A stretch of 60,478 nt of DNA, counting the filler, from Catajapyx aquilonaris (Eukaryota), in assembly GCA_000934665.2 (NCBI GenBank). It is 2 parts of 2 records of this genome, joined end to end, with 100 filler letters (N's around TTAATTAATTAA, not from the genome) between each part and the next. Parts side by side here need not be neighbours in the genome. Positions count along the whole stretch, not along the records: positions 1 to 30,163 come from JYFJ02004675.1; 1 more part is not named here. One strand, given 5' to 3'. Shown in pieces: positions 12,281-24,412 of the stretch. The notes beneath the pieces were generated by a model. That model was not told the DNA's origin. It saw only the letters and a list, made by a program, of their open reading frames with translations, and did no database searches. The translations under genes were made by a program, and so were the position numbers. Positions within the stretch are counted from its first letter, which is position 1. Every line of letters starts with the position of its first letter.

Positions 12281-12604
12281 TTTTTGTTAACGTTTCTCAG
12301 AGAGCCTATTCTCTCTCACACAACTAACACGTCCCCGCTGATTTTACTTTTCTCGGGCGATCTGTGCTTTGATATTCTCCTGACACTACCTGGTCGTTTC
12401 CGAATATCCTCTTACATAAATACGCTTACTTATTCTAACACTCTCAATTGTCCTCCAAAATAATATATAACACTGGTTATACTCACCTGCTTCTGCATTT
12501 GTGATGTTCTCTTCACGTGTTGTCTCTCCGTTGTTTCGCGAACGCGTTTCACTGACTCTAACGCGGTTCTATTTCCCCTTACAAAAAAAATCGCGACCCC
12601 AAAA

Positions 12605-12619
12605 CTGTTCATGACGCCA
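12605..12619 (-). promoter_or_regulatory. Primer-binding site, tRNA-Ser(CGA)-like
   Basis: TGGCGTCATGAACAG just inside the 5' LTR. It is complementary, with one G:U pair, to the ...CTGTTCGTGACGCCA 3' end I recall for metazoan tRNA-Ser(CGA). Confidence 0.7.
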
Positions 12620-12620
12620 A

Positions 12621-12964
12621 TGTGACCGTTTGGTACGGTCGGTTCGATGGGTGCGTGGGATAGAACAACAAACAGTTAACAACAAGTAATAGATATATTG
12701 GATGACAATAACAGTTACATTATTGGGGGTACCCCCGTACATTTTGACATTACATAGCGGTAGCTCGTCAGACCGAGCTACCTCTAGCCGTTCTCCTGTT
12801 GATATTTTATGGTCTCTTTATATACCGTTCGTTATCTCCCTAACCTGCGTAATAACGCTGTTGTACATTCCTCGTCTTGCGAAACCTGTTGACATCTTGA
12901 ATCTAACAAAATGGTTATTGCAACTGCTGTTGCAATGTCAATTACTGATGTCGTAACTGTGACA
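12621..12964 (-). repeat. 5' LTR
   Basis: 344-bp direct repeat of 8033-8376, adjacent to the PBS. Confidence 0.95.
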
Positions 12965-13097
12965 GCATTATAATACAACCAAATCGGGCCGTGGGAGACC
13001 TAACATTACCAATTTCTGCAGCATAATGAAACACTGACATTTGGTGGAAATACCATAAACCTCAAGCAGAAAAAAATTCAGGTAGGCTACAGCTTAC

Positions 13098-13520
13098 CTC
13101 TACATCCACAGTGTTTACTTCTTCTTTGACCTGTCCAAAGTTTCCTCCAAGAAGATCAAAACTTGCACAATAAGTCCCTCCATGTTGATGCTGCTCTGAC
13201 TGATGCTCCTCGATAGATACATCAGAGCTTCTTTCATGATCCACTTCTGTAGGGAGTAGAGAGAAGCGGTATTGTATATGTTCACATAAACAGAATGGAG
13301 AAAGAAAGGGCTGGAATTCCCAACTCTTGAGTTACACACGACCTGCAGTAGTCCTCCTCCTCTTCCTCCCTATCTCCTCTTCCCTCAGGATGAACCCTTC
13401 TATCCTGGCCATCCTCCTGTCCATCTCTGCCATGGTCCTCTCAATCCTGTCAGACTGAGTCAGGCTTCGTTCCAGGAGGGACACAATGTGGGGCAACCAA
13501 GTTGGTGGTTGGGTGGCCAT
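13098..13520 (-). CDS. Two 5' coding exons (13520-13343, 13246-13098), probably the N-terminus of zinc-finger gene copy 1
   Basis: ATG at 13520, phase-1 GT/AG junction, open reading MATQPPTW...RKRRRTTAEVDHERSS...VKEEVNTVDVE, then a GTAAGC donor. Coiled-coil, NLS-like and VKEE features are typical of ZNF N-termini. The link to the 3460 exon is inferred. Confidence 0.5.
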
Positions 13521-15125
13521 GTCCTCCTCACCAATTCCACGAACAAGCAGGGCAGTCTTGAAGAGGGGAGAATGATGGGCCAGTGTCCAGAGGTCCAGAG
13601 GAAGGGAGGAAAACGAAGCGATGGGGGCAGAGGAGAGAAGAAAGAAAGGGAAAGGAAAGAAAACCCACGAGAAAACCAGATCTAAACAGACGCCATGTTG
13701 GGCGTATTCGGATCGACGCCACGTGGCCTCAAAGGAACTGTTCGGAATTACTTGCCCCAAGCCCTTTCACTTGCCCCAAAGCAAGACACTCACATTCTCA
13801 TGATCCTGACCTGGCCATATACCACATAGACACCAAAAATATTCCCTCATGTGCCCAAAATAATTTAGTGACTAACTAGGGTCATAGTTCACAGTTTTGG
13901 CGACCGTACCATCCCACAAAGATCCTCATACGTACATCATGTATACATTCAAAGTGTATGGGAAAAAAAGGCATTGCTTGCTATTGTCAACTTCTCATAT
14001 TCCCATATTTCTAGCCTACTTTTGAGTTCCCCCTGCCATTCCCGCTTAGGTCTCAAGCCACATCCCACCAGGACGCAGCAAGTATCAGCTCAGCCGAGCC
14101 TCTCCACGATTGTCACATCGCTCCCTAGCCCTGCCTTCTCCACCACTCATCTGCCCTCGACAGCTTCTCGATCCCCAAACTGAATCTCATACTGGCAAGG
14201 TGAACTTCAAACTTGCTGTTGCGAATCACCTTTTGACATTAAATATGTGGATTAAGTATGTCTGAGTATTAGGGAAATCAAAAGGTATAAGTAGGAAAGT
14301 GTTATAAGCAGAAAAATTTACATTGCCCATCAAGGGATTGACAAAAAGGGCATTAAAAGCGGGATGGCATTCAGAGCGGGAGGGTTATATCGAGATTTTA
14401 CTGTACTTCTGTATGAATTAATATAAGCGGCAAGTCTCATTTTTCAGCAATTATTTTCACTATGCGAGGTTTAGAATTGGAAGAAGAAAAAACCTTCCTG
14501 GGAACCAGAGATGGGTGTGCCATACCTTAACAATGACCATAACATGACTTGGGCGTCATTGAATATACAGCCATGTCACCAAACAGGTTAATATTTTCTA
14601 ACATGATCAAAAGATTTATTCACATGAAGCGGGAGAGGTCACAATCTGTAACCTGGAATGTAAACTGACATTATAAGAGTGTGCACCTGATTTTGTTAGT
14701 GTGACATTTAAAAATTAGTGAAAACTCTTCAATGTGGAGGAAATCCATGACGTGTGTATTTAATTAGACAAATTTTTCATACAAATCTGTGAAATCACTA
14801 ACAAATGTTCCATGAAAATTTTTCTCAGCAACTTATCACCAACATTTATACAGTACAGTACATAACCCACATCCAAGACTTTTCTCAGGGTCAGCTCACC
14901 CTGGTCTGCATGTGCATGGCATTAATCCTCAAATTTTGACACAGGTCATAATGAACTCAGTACATATCAAACTGTCTGTTTCAATCATTTAACTTTAAAG
15001 TTGCTTCTTCTGAATAGTTAGCATACAGTGGCAGTAGCGATATGTAATTTCCCACACCCGGAAAGGTCTGTAACCACACAAAAACTCGAAGAAAAATAAT
15101 CATCCAAGAAATGTCCCCCGATAAC

Positions 15126-15949
15126 TCAGGATTGAGTGTGGCTCAAATTGCGGCATCGTCGCACATGCCTAATTACGTTAGACTGATCGCTGAACTTATG
15201 ATCGCAAAATTGGCAAGAATATGGCTTTTCTCCTGTATGTATGCGCAAATGCCTAGTCAACTCAGATTTTGATCCACAGCATTTAAGGCACACTTGACAA
15301 CCGAATGGTTTTTCACCTGTGTGGACCATTCTGTGCCTATTCCTACTAGAAGAACAGCCAAATGCCATACCACACACCTCACACTGGTAAGGCTTTAATC
15401 CAAGGTGAACAGCTTTCATATGAACAGACTGATCAGATTTGGTGGTGAAGCTGGCACCACACAATTTGCAGGAAAATTTTGATTTACTCCCTCCTTTATT
15501 AACCTTACCATGTGCTGAATGGGTCAGCTGATGAGAAACAAATTCAACTTTTTCACTGGTAGCATATGAACACAGTTTGCAAGAGAATGATGCAGGTTTC
15601 GCAGCCCCTTTCCCTCCCTTTTCTTCCCTTCCGCATCTTAATGGGGTCCTCTCAGTCTCATTTGCCTGGAGGAGCTCTGGAGATGCATTTCCTCCAGATG
15701 AACCTCCCTGGACCACAAAGCTGTTTTGTTGTCCTGACCGAGCCTGCATAAAGTCCTCTTTCTCTTCAACTCTCACTGCATGAGACTTGACACATTCTTC
15801 CAGAGCAGATGGAATGTTGAAAGTCTTGTTGCAGATGCCACATTGAAAAGGGTCCCTGGGAGGCAGCCGGTTCTTTGGATATATAAACTGATAAAAATTA
15901 GCTACTGCCAAAACACCCTTTATCTCCCTAAACCAACATGCAAAATTAA
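15126..15949 (-). CDS. C2H2 zinc-finger gene copy 2 (possibly 5'-truncated or pseudogenic)
   Basis: ORF 15126-16004 with tandem C2H2 fingers, aligning to 2541-3482. An 8-bp deletion relative to copy 1 turns the final HVRRFH into HVRRC. Homology ends at the hAT insertion at 15950. Confidence 0.7.
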
Positions 15950-17082
15950 CAGGGTTCGAAATTAACCGGTCGCCAGTCGCATTTCGCGACTTTAGGTTAT
16001 CCATTGGTGACTGACTAAAGATGGCTAGTCGCCACTTTGGCGACTAGCTTTCCCTCCCAATACTGTATTTCTGCCTCGTATTTTCAATTTCGTTCCTGCA
16101 GTGCTGATTCTGTAGGTGGCTCATTATCATTAAGCGCACCTGGTATTTATTGGGGTCCTCACTCCGGGGGTCAAGTTCAAGTTCCAAGTTGGGGTAAATA
16201 AGGTTGCAGGATAGCAGGAAGGACTCGGCTACGCGGAGTCACAGCCAGATGTAGAGGAGGGAAAGCGGGGCAGGATGGACCTAATTAGGAGGAGGGTGGA
16301 GGGAACAGGGAAGGTGTGGTGAAGAAGGTCCAAGTTCGATGACCGGTATAAGTCATGAGTGCATTGAGGCCTTGGGGGTTGAGGGGGAGGGGGGGGGGAC
16401 GGGGGAGAGAGAGAAGTTTCGAAATAGTCTTAAGGCCGGTATCCACGTACGAGATTCTCGCATACGAGGAGCTGCGAGGAGCCAACTGCGCATGCCCAGA
16501 TACGAGGAAAGGGGAAAAAGTTGAAAATTTTCAACTTTCTCGTATCTGGGCATGTGCAGTTGGCTCCTCGCGGCTCCTCGTATGCGAGAATCTCGTACGT
16601 GGATACCGGCCTTTAGTTAGTCTTTTGACTGATTTCGAGTCGCAGTCGGCAAGAGAGGCGGATCGGACTCGAGAAGTGCTCTCCCGAGGAAAATGGCAAA
16701 ACGGAAGATTTCCGATTTTTTTGTGGGCAGTAGCATTGCCAAAGTCAGCAAACCAGCTGACGAGGAAGAAGAGGAGTCTGCCAGCATAAAATCAACACCG
16801 AGGAATCCCGTGAATCCATCATTGATGTGATTTGTGTAGGCTATTATTGCAGTTCCGTGTCTAAAAAGAAGCAGTTGGTAAAATACTAAAATATGCTTCT
16901 GAATTGTGAAGCACATTAACGCTGTACACTATAACTATATGCGATTTCGTGCTATGGAACAGTAATGACATAATATTATAATAAAATAAAATAATGGCGA
17001 CTAGACATACAGTTTTGGCGACCATGCTATACATATCAGGTGCCACTGGCGACCTGCCTATGTATCCCAATTTCGAACACTG
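15950..17082 (+). mobile_element. Non-autonomous hAT-like element with a transposase N-terminal stub
   Basis: TIRs CAGGGTTCGAAATT / AATTTCGAACACTG. Subterminal GTCGCCA/TGGCGAC motifs. Short ORF MAKRKISDFFVGSS... at ~16693. No matching 8-bp TSD. Confidence 0.65.
16433..16612. mobile_element. Palindromic 180-bp MITE (PIF/Harbinger-like) nested in the hAT element
   Basis: TTA-AGGCCGGTATCCACGTACGAG...CTCGTACGTGGATACCGGCCT-TTA, almost entirely hairpin. Confidence 0.9.
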
Positions 17083-17613
17083 GGTAGGTTCACATACCAG
17101 TGTTTGAAGTTTTCTACAGCTAGGGCCAGATTCTCAAGTTGGATGCAATTTAGCATAAGGGTTGCAACAGAGTACCTCTGCCTCCGTTACAATTAAATAT
17201 CTTTATATGCCAAATCCTACCATCTCATCCAGTTCGTACCTCTATCAAGAAGTAACCAGAGTGAGAGTGTAGGGAAAATTTACTACTCACCATATTCAGA
17301 AATATTTCACTTGCAATTCTGAGAGGCGGATGACCATGGTATTGACAGCACATATCCAATGTTATTGTTCTGTAGAAATCTGCTCTGAGAAAATTCTCTG
17401 TATTTTTATTAATGTAACACAATCTGTACATAACTGCAGTTTATGGGCTTATTTTAATATTCCAGTATAGTCATATCAGATTATCTATGTTACATCAATA
17501 GATAATTTTTATCACATTGTGCAGACTTTGTCTGACAAGTTTCCTTATCACTTCACGGCCTTGTCCTTTAGATTTCCTATTAGATTCTATTCGATTTCCT
17601 TACACTTGCCACC

Positions 17614-19904
17614 ATGGTGTCAGAGAAGGAGTCCCCCATATTTGGGATGTATCATCAACCAGGCAGATTTTATATCTTGAAATTCATCGTCATCTACATT
17701 TTGATCACACTGAGACAGGTGAGAATACTTCCTGATATATGTATCATGCACAGTGTGTTTACCTACAGTATTTGCGACTTCAGCTGAAAGCTCGGTGGAT
17801 CAGTGGGCCTGCAAAAGGCCACGCTGGATATGGAGTGAAATCCAGGCCAACCCTGGCTGACATGGACAGATCGCAGCCACTCTCAGAAAACCCAAAGGCC
17901 ATTGATGCTGTCTATTTCAATGCTGGAAGCCGCGATGGGTTCAACCTGGCTGTGGGTACTGCACGCAGGCATAAAAGTATAGTTGAAGGATTCTTCATGC
18001 TCAAAGTAAGTGCTCTGGAAATTATGCACAGTAGTTCTTTTTCACCGAAAGACATCCCTGAAACAATCTTTTCCACAGAAGATCTGGCCCGGATGTAAAA
18101 TGAGTGGCTTAAATATTTCAGGTACCAAGTGTTGGAGTCCTGGTCAGCCCCAAAGTGCCTGACACAAACTTGCATGCTGAGCAGGGAAATGAATTTTCTG
18201 CTGAAGGAATTACCTTGAGCATGGTAGAACCAATGAAGAAGTGGCGCATATCATACAAAGGGATAATGAAGCTGCATGGCAATCCTGAGGAGCAGTTTCA
18301 GGTGGACCTGTCTGCCTTCTGGACATCTGACCTGCCCTACTTTGATTGCGACACTGACATACCAACATCAACCATTGCTGATTACATTGCCTCTGTGCCC
18401 TGGTCCAAGGAATTATTCAGTGGTCTAAAGGCGTAAGTGAGAATATTACAGTCTACAGTTTCTGTATGTATAATAACTTACTCTTAAAACCGACTTTTAC
18501 TAATAGGATACACCAGACACATTATGAGCAGCTGGGTGTGATTGATGGCAATGTTGTCATTAATGGAACAACCCACAACCTCCATTTGGACTCAATGCGA
18601 GATCACTCCTTTGGTGAGCTTTCTTTTCTAATACCGTACCTCTAATAAAGGCATGGAAAATGCATAAGTTGGCAGGTAAATGTTTCTTTAAGAGTGGGTG
18701 AGTGACCAACAGTAGAACAACTTGTTGATCTTTGCCATTCATTGACGACATAGAGACATTTGAACAGGGCCTCTTCAAATAATTTCAGTATATTATTGGG
18801 AATATTGTTGTTCAACTTCAAATCACATGCATAGATGATGTAGAGACATCCTAGTTGCCAGAACCAAAAGTTGAGGCATCCCTGATAACATCTCACCAAG
18901 ATATGGGAATGCAATAATTAGCAAATATAAATTATTTTAGTGTACCAGTTTTGAGACAATAAATTATTATCAGGCAAATGTTTTTTTTCAGGTTTTGACA
19001 TCAGCATAAATCAGACATACCATAATACTGTTACATTAATGGTCCATTGCATTGCAGGGGATGCACGTGACTGGACCCTAATTCACCGGTATGGCATGCA
19101 GACCTTTGCACTTGAGAATGGCATGAAGGGAAACATCGCAGTCATCAATACCATAGTCAAGTGTGTAAAGTATTTATTTGATAACTATAATTTTCATGGT
19201 ACACAATAACTTGCATGACTGGGGTGGCTATTCATATTCTCTCATGCTGATACTTATGATTCATGTTCAGCTCACAACACGGCTGTGTTTGGTACCTAAA
19301 GAAGCTGCCACCACACTGATCCAAGTATACAAATACACACCAAATCTGGGACTAGTTAATTTTGCTCATACCGTAGAACTGCTTGCATAAGCGTGATTGC
19401 ACCAGTGAAGGTAGACCATTATAAAATGATTTTTCCATGGTCTTATTAATGTCAACAGCTGTGAATGTAACAATAGTGAAGATAAATTGTTGGTAGATAG
19501 TCTACCATTAGATGTGCAACCCAGCTTCAGTCTTCATACAAAACTTTCCTGTCTGTATTGAAAAGACTTTGCTCTAAACCATAATTTTTACCAGTGTCCA
19601 GATGGGGTACATCTGGCTTCCTGGCTCTGATGGATCCTCATCAGGACATTTAGCAGCAGTTAATCACATTGACCTTCCATTGTGGCAACATGGAGAGGCA
19701 GGGACTCCCCCATCTGACTATGGATTTTCATTCTGGGCTGAAGGACAGCGTTATAATGCTAAGGTTTGTATCACCGACAGCCCTGAGTTCCTCATAGGCG
19801 GCACTGGAGATGCCAGGATTGTGGAACGTTTTGCCACATTTGAGGTGAATGGTGTGCCTGGTTGGGGTGTTGCTGAATGGCAATATGGCAACAAGTCAAG
19901 TTGA
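17614..19904 (+). CDS. Uncharacterised N-anchored protein resembling the N-terminal region of invertebrate 'putative PEP synthase' proteins
   Basis: Kozak GCCACCATGG at 17614. Exons 17614-17718, 17784-18005, 18122-18432, 18507-18613, 19058-19169 and 19595-19904 are all phase-compatible. Motifs DAVYFN, PMKKWRISY, QTHYEQLG, MRDHSFG..RDW..IHRY, GWGVAEWQY. Confidence 0.75.
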
Positions 19905-19930
19905 AACTTGTAACATGTAATAATAATATT

Positions 19931-22900
19931 TCATTTGTTTAGAAGCAGTTCCATTGTTTTCTTGTCCATAAAGTATGGCCTCCCCGCACTTCCATCATTA
20001 TGCTCACGGTCTTCCACTGCAAGAAACAAACACCGTCTCACTTTCATCAAATCTCTGAATTTGAAAATGGAATGTTCCCACATGTGCCCATATCTATGAA
20101 GCTATATCCTAGAGTAAACAGTATTTTTATTTATTTCTGTATTAACAATTCTGTGGTCCAGCACATTAAAAAAATCAAGCATTACAGCTGGCCAGAATAA
20201 TCCGCACATATTTCTTTTTACAATATCTAATTTACAACTGTTATAGCATAACTCCTGCAATAAGTAACTAATGAAAATAATTAGCTTATGATATATCTAC
20301 TGAAACTTCTCTTGAACTATTTTACAGTAGTTAACAAAAAGGGTGTGTGCCAATATGGCGATGTGCTGAATCTATTTTCCTAATTATTCCAAACATTCAG
20401 CATAGTCAAGGTGGCATCCTGATACACGTTAAGTTTACATAAACTTATCCATATAGCTAATGCGGGCAGGGCTTCATACTGGAAGATGATTAATATACTC
20501 ACAGAAGCTGTGGAAGGTACTGTTTGCAGCAACAGCATACACACCAACAAACATGTTGGCAATAAAGTATGATCCTACCCCGGCCACCAGAATAGGTGCA
20601 AGCCACCACCTGAGCTCCTCTGACTCTATCAGCACATAGTTTGTCACCATTACATAGCTCACAGCAATCATGATGCTAACAATGATAATTTTCCCAAATA
20701 GCAGCAAGAATGCAACCGCCTGGAAAAGGGAGGACAATCGATATTATATGGAAATCATCCAACAAAAGCCACATAACCGATCTCTAATTCTAGCATGTTT
20801 CAAGAAATGACTCACATTGTTCAGCACTGCAATCTGTGCCAGGTTACGCTTGAATAGGTTGAACTCGTGTGCACCAGAATTCAGGAAGGATAATCCATGC
20901 AAGGCCACACCTACGTATGCTCTGGGAGTGACATATCTGAGCAATGCCTCATATCCCCACACCATAGCCATGCACCAGCAGAGCAGAAGCCTCCCAATCC
21001 TCCCTCGCCTTTGCCTGACCTGTTGGTCTGCTAAGGACAGAATCCGGGCTGCCAGGCCCAGACTGGCCAGCAGGAAGGAGCCCAGGGCCACAGTGCCAAA
21101 ATGGTACCGAACAACTGTCAGAGCAGCACTAATTACAGAGATGCCCAGCACACTGGATGTGCGGGGTGCTGACCAATACCAGGAGCAGAAAGTGATGGCC
21201 AAGGCCAGGGTGGTGAAATCAGCGACAAACGTGGAGCACCACACCACAGCCACCAGGTTGTAGACCTGCATGATCACAGGGATGCCTGAGTAGGTAGAGA
21301 AGACGCAGTCTCGGGAGCACGTCTCTAGTTTCGGGCACTCCTCTTCAAATTCACTGGGGTCGCATTCCTCTCCTTCCCGCACCTGTTATAAACATTAATA
21401 TTTGAGGTTGATATAACGGCATGATTTACATAGAGAAGGAATGACCCTGCTTAACTCATAATTATAAAATAAATACGTTTACCGTGAAGCCCTGGCACGA
21501 CTCACACCCGGTGACATTGAACCCTCTTGCAATGTAGATTGGTCTGCCAGAAGATGCAATAAGGACAGCCGTTGCCAATCCACAGCACATTATCAACATT
21601 TCCAAAATCCAGGATAGCATTGGGAACAACAGTGTGAAAGGATTACCTGACACTGCCCTGGAACAAAATTGTGTGCATTTCAAGGTTTGTTTTGACATGT
21701 TTAAGACAAGCTTAGGAATTGTATATAAAATAAAGTCATTGCTAATCTCTACATTATAATTATCATCACACAGTAATTGTACAGTCCATAAGTGACCTCA
21801 CTGACTCAGTGGAAATTGTATGTTTCCTAGAAGAGCCATCAATGTACACAACAAGGATGAAATAATAAACCAGTCATCCTTAGGACACATGGAGGAATTG
21901 TGGTGCGTAAGTAAAATTGTGTCAAACTAACCTGCTGGCTTCACTGATGACAACAAGAGCAACAGGTATCTTTTTCCTGAAGAAGATGAAGGCTACTAGC
22001 AGACCCAGGAAAGCAACCCCAGCTATTAGCATGAGTACCAGCCAAACATACTTATTTACACCTGGTGCAGCATCTAATACCTCGGAAAATATGTCTGCAA
22101 GTCTTGGGGTGTCAGGAATATCAGGGGATTCGTCATGGCTCAGGTAGGCACGGCAAGTCAGGAAGAAACCTGCAGGAATGAAATAATCACGTCACAACTA
22201 CATTACACATTTTCTGTGCGGATATTATCATCACAACAATAGTAAACCATGCACACCTATGCCAAGTGCAATGAAGGACAGGAGGATGGAGGTCCATACC
22301 ACCACCTTTCCGATGATGTACAGGAGGCACAGATATGAGAATGAGACCACCATTGAAACTACAAGGCAAACTAAGATGCACATCCAGGATGCATTGAGGT
22401 CCTCCATAATGTCTTCTAGGTTCTTGCTGCTGCTTAGGTACTCAGCCAGCCTCCTGGTGGCATTGCTGAGTGCAGCATAGGTGACTGCTATCCCTCCACT
22501 GCGTATGGTATGGTTGTAGTTGTCCTTCACAGTACTGTCGGAGTGCATCATGGGCATGGATGGGATGCAGTGGTGGTCCAAGGGGATACTCTTCAGCTGA
22601 AAGGCGGGGCATCTCTCACCCTCAATCAGCTCCTGCAGTGGACGGTGCATATCTACGTTGGACTTGCATTGAAGCTGTCTCTTCACTTTTAATTCTTCCT
22701 CAGGGGTAAAGTCACCCTCAGAAGAGATAGTCATGCTGGGGCAGTGCTCGACGCAGACCTGAAAGATTAAATAAGAAAGTCAATATTAATGTTCCTCTCA
22801 TCTTATAGCCGCATTTCCCAGAAGCTGGAATAATCTTTCTAATGACAACAGTGAACACAATAGGTGTCTTTCCATGAAAATTTTGGAAAAATTAGAAACT

Positions 22901-23796
22901 ATGACATACGGTACATACAATGGACCCTGTGGGAACCAGTAGCATCTTCTCCATATTATGATAATTTTTTTTTGCCCTGCAGATTAATTTCAAGTTATAA
23001 AGGAAACTTGTTCAGTAAGGAAATATTTCATTAACTGGAGTAAATTTTGTACATATACAGTAGGTTCCACTGTTCAAACATGCAGTGACTGTCATTAAAC
23101 ATTGTATTTAGTTGAACTGAAATGCCAGGATTCACAAAACCATCAAACAGATCAGATCAGTATCAAAACTTAATCATTATGAATAACCTGTGGTGTGGGA
23201 CATCCCACGGCAACTGCCCCTGGGTAGAGACATGTGGTGATGTCAAATAGCATGAGGTAAGGTTTATCAGCCACATGTGGATCCTTCCCACATTTTTGTC
23301 CCTTGTGGTCGGTTGGATTGAGGATGGTGCCAAGATCTCCGTTGTACAATGCTGATTGGGAGAGAGCAGCAAGCAATTGTGAGTAAAACCAAACATGGTG
23401 GTGTAGCACACTGAACAGATCTGCAATATATCTTAATATTATTATCAGACCATAGCTGCAGACGGACACCCATCCAGTGACGAAGAGAGCGAACACAAAG
23501 AGGCAGAGCACATCGGTGCATCCGCGGTGCTTCGTCGGGCTGCAGGTATGCTGGTGACCGTCACAGCTCGGCACCTCGTCTCCTGATGTAGGAAACGCAG
23601 GAATATTATTTAGGCAAATGGCACATGTTGTGAGACACGTTCAAGGGTTTGTCTTAACTACACACAATAAGCTACAGCAGTGCACCATCAACTGCCCTCC
23701 CCTCCCGACAGAACAAGTGGTACATTGCTTTGGGAAGCCCAGACAATTCCACTACGACATTTTACCTGTGCCGCTGTTCGGATGAGGTGCGGGCAT
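19931..23796 (-). CDS. Choline transporter-like protein (CTL/SLC44 family)
   Basis: About 9 exons (23796-23766, 23582-23451, 23351-23188, 22758-~22256, ~22170-21931, ~21658-21483, 21382-~20814, ~20719-20503, 20016-19931). Motifs RGCTDVLCL, CPTPQVCVEHCP, RYHFGTVALGS, EDREHNDGS..RPYFM. Confidence 0.9.
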
Positions 23797-24412
23797 TTTC
23801 AAAGCATCCAGGGTTACCAGGGTCAACAATGCAACCCATTCTTGAGAGCGTAACAATTAAGTGAAGCTGCATTGCTGCAAATGATTATGCGTCCTTTTTA
23901 TCCTCGTTATTCCCTGAAGAACAAACGTATTGTTGTGTACGACATGGAACCTGATTTAGAAGGAGTCCAACGAGTCCTACTCAAAGGCTGCCGTCGAGGT
24001 TGAAGTGCACGGTGTTGAAGTGGAACAAGGCCGAACAAGGCCGACTCCAGCTGTAATTACTCGATGTTTCTGACAGAAACACCATTGTATAAATGGTCCG
24101 ATAAAAATACGTACTTACTACAATATCACTACCAAAATTTGTATTAGGAATTAATTTTAATTATGAGAAGTTAATTGTGCGTAGTGGCGCCTCCTTCAGC
24201 GTCTGCTTTAAGAACTAGTCGTCTCTTGCAGTTTCCGCTAGGTGCCACTAGCGTCGCAGTCTGAAAGTGCGGGTATGGCCACTTGGCCACTTCCACAACA
24301 CTTTCCAGTCCCTTCGCCGCCATCATGGGCAGTCATCCTCAGTCCTCACTAGTCATACCGGCCAAGACGCCAAGTGTGTAGTACATGTGTGTTGTACTGC
24401 ACTGTACGGAGC

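Larger units (their letters stand above)
8033..12964 (-). mobile_element. Gypsy/Ty3-like LTR retroelement, internally deleted (gag, partial protease, env-like tail; no RT/RH/IN)
   Basis: Two 344-bp TG...CA LTRs. 4-bp TSD GCAT (8029-8032, 12965-12968). PBS and PPT on the minus strand. gag, CCHC knuckle and LVDTGA motifs. Confidence 0.93.

Noticed and set aside
8114..12956. Duplicated 84-aa ORFs at 8114-8368 and 12702-12956 as genes
   Set aside because: They lie wholly within the two LTRs, antisense to the element. Their identity reflects LTR duplication.
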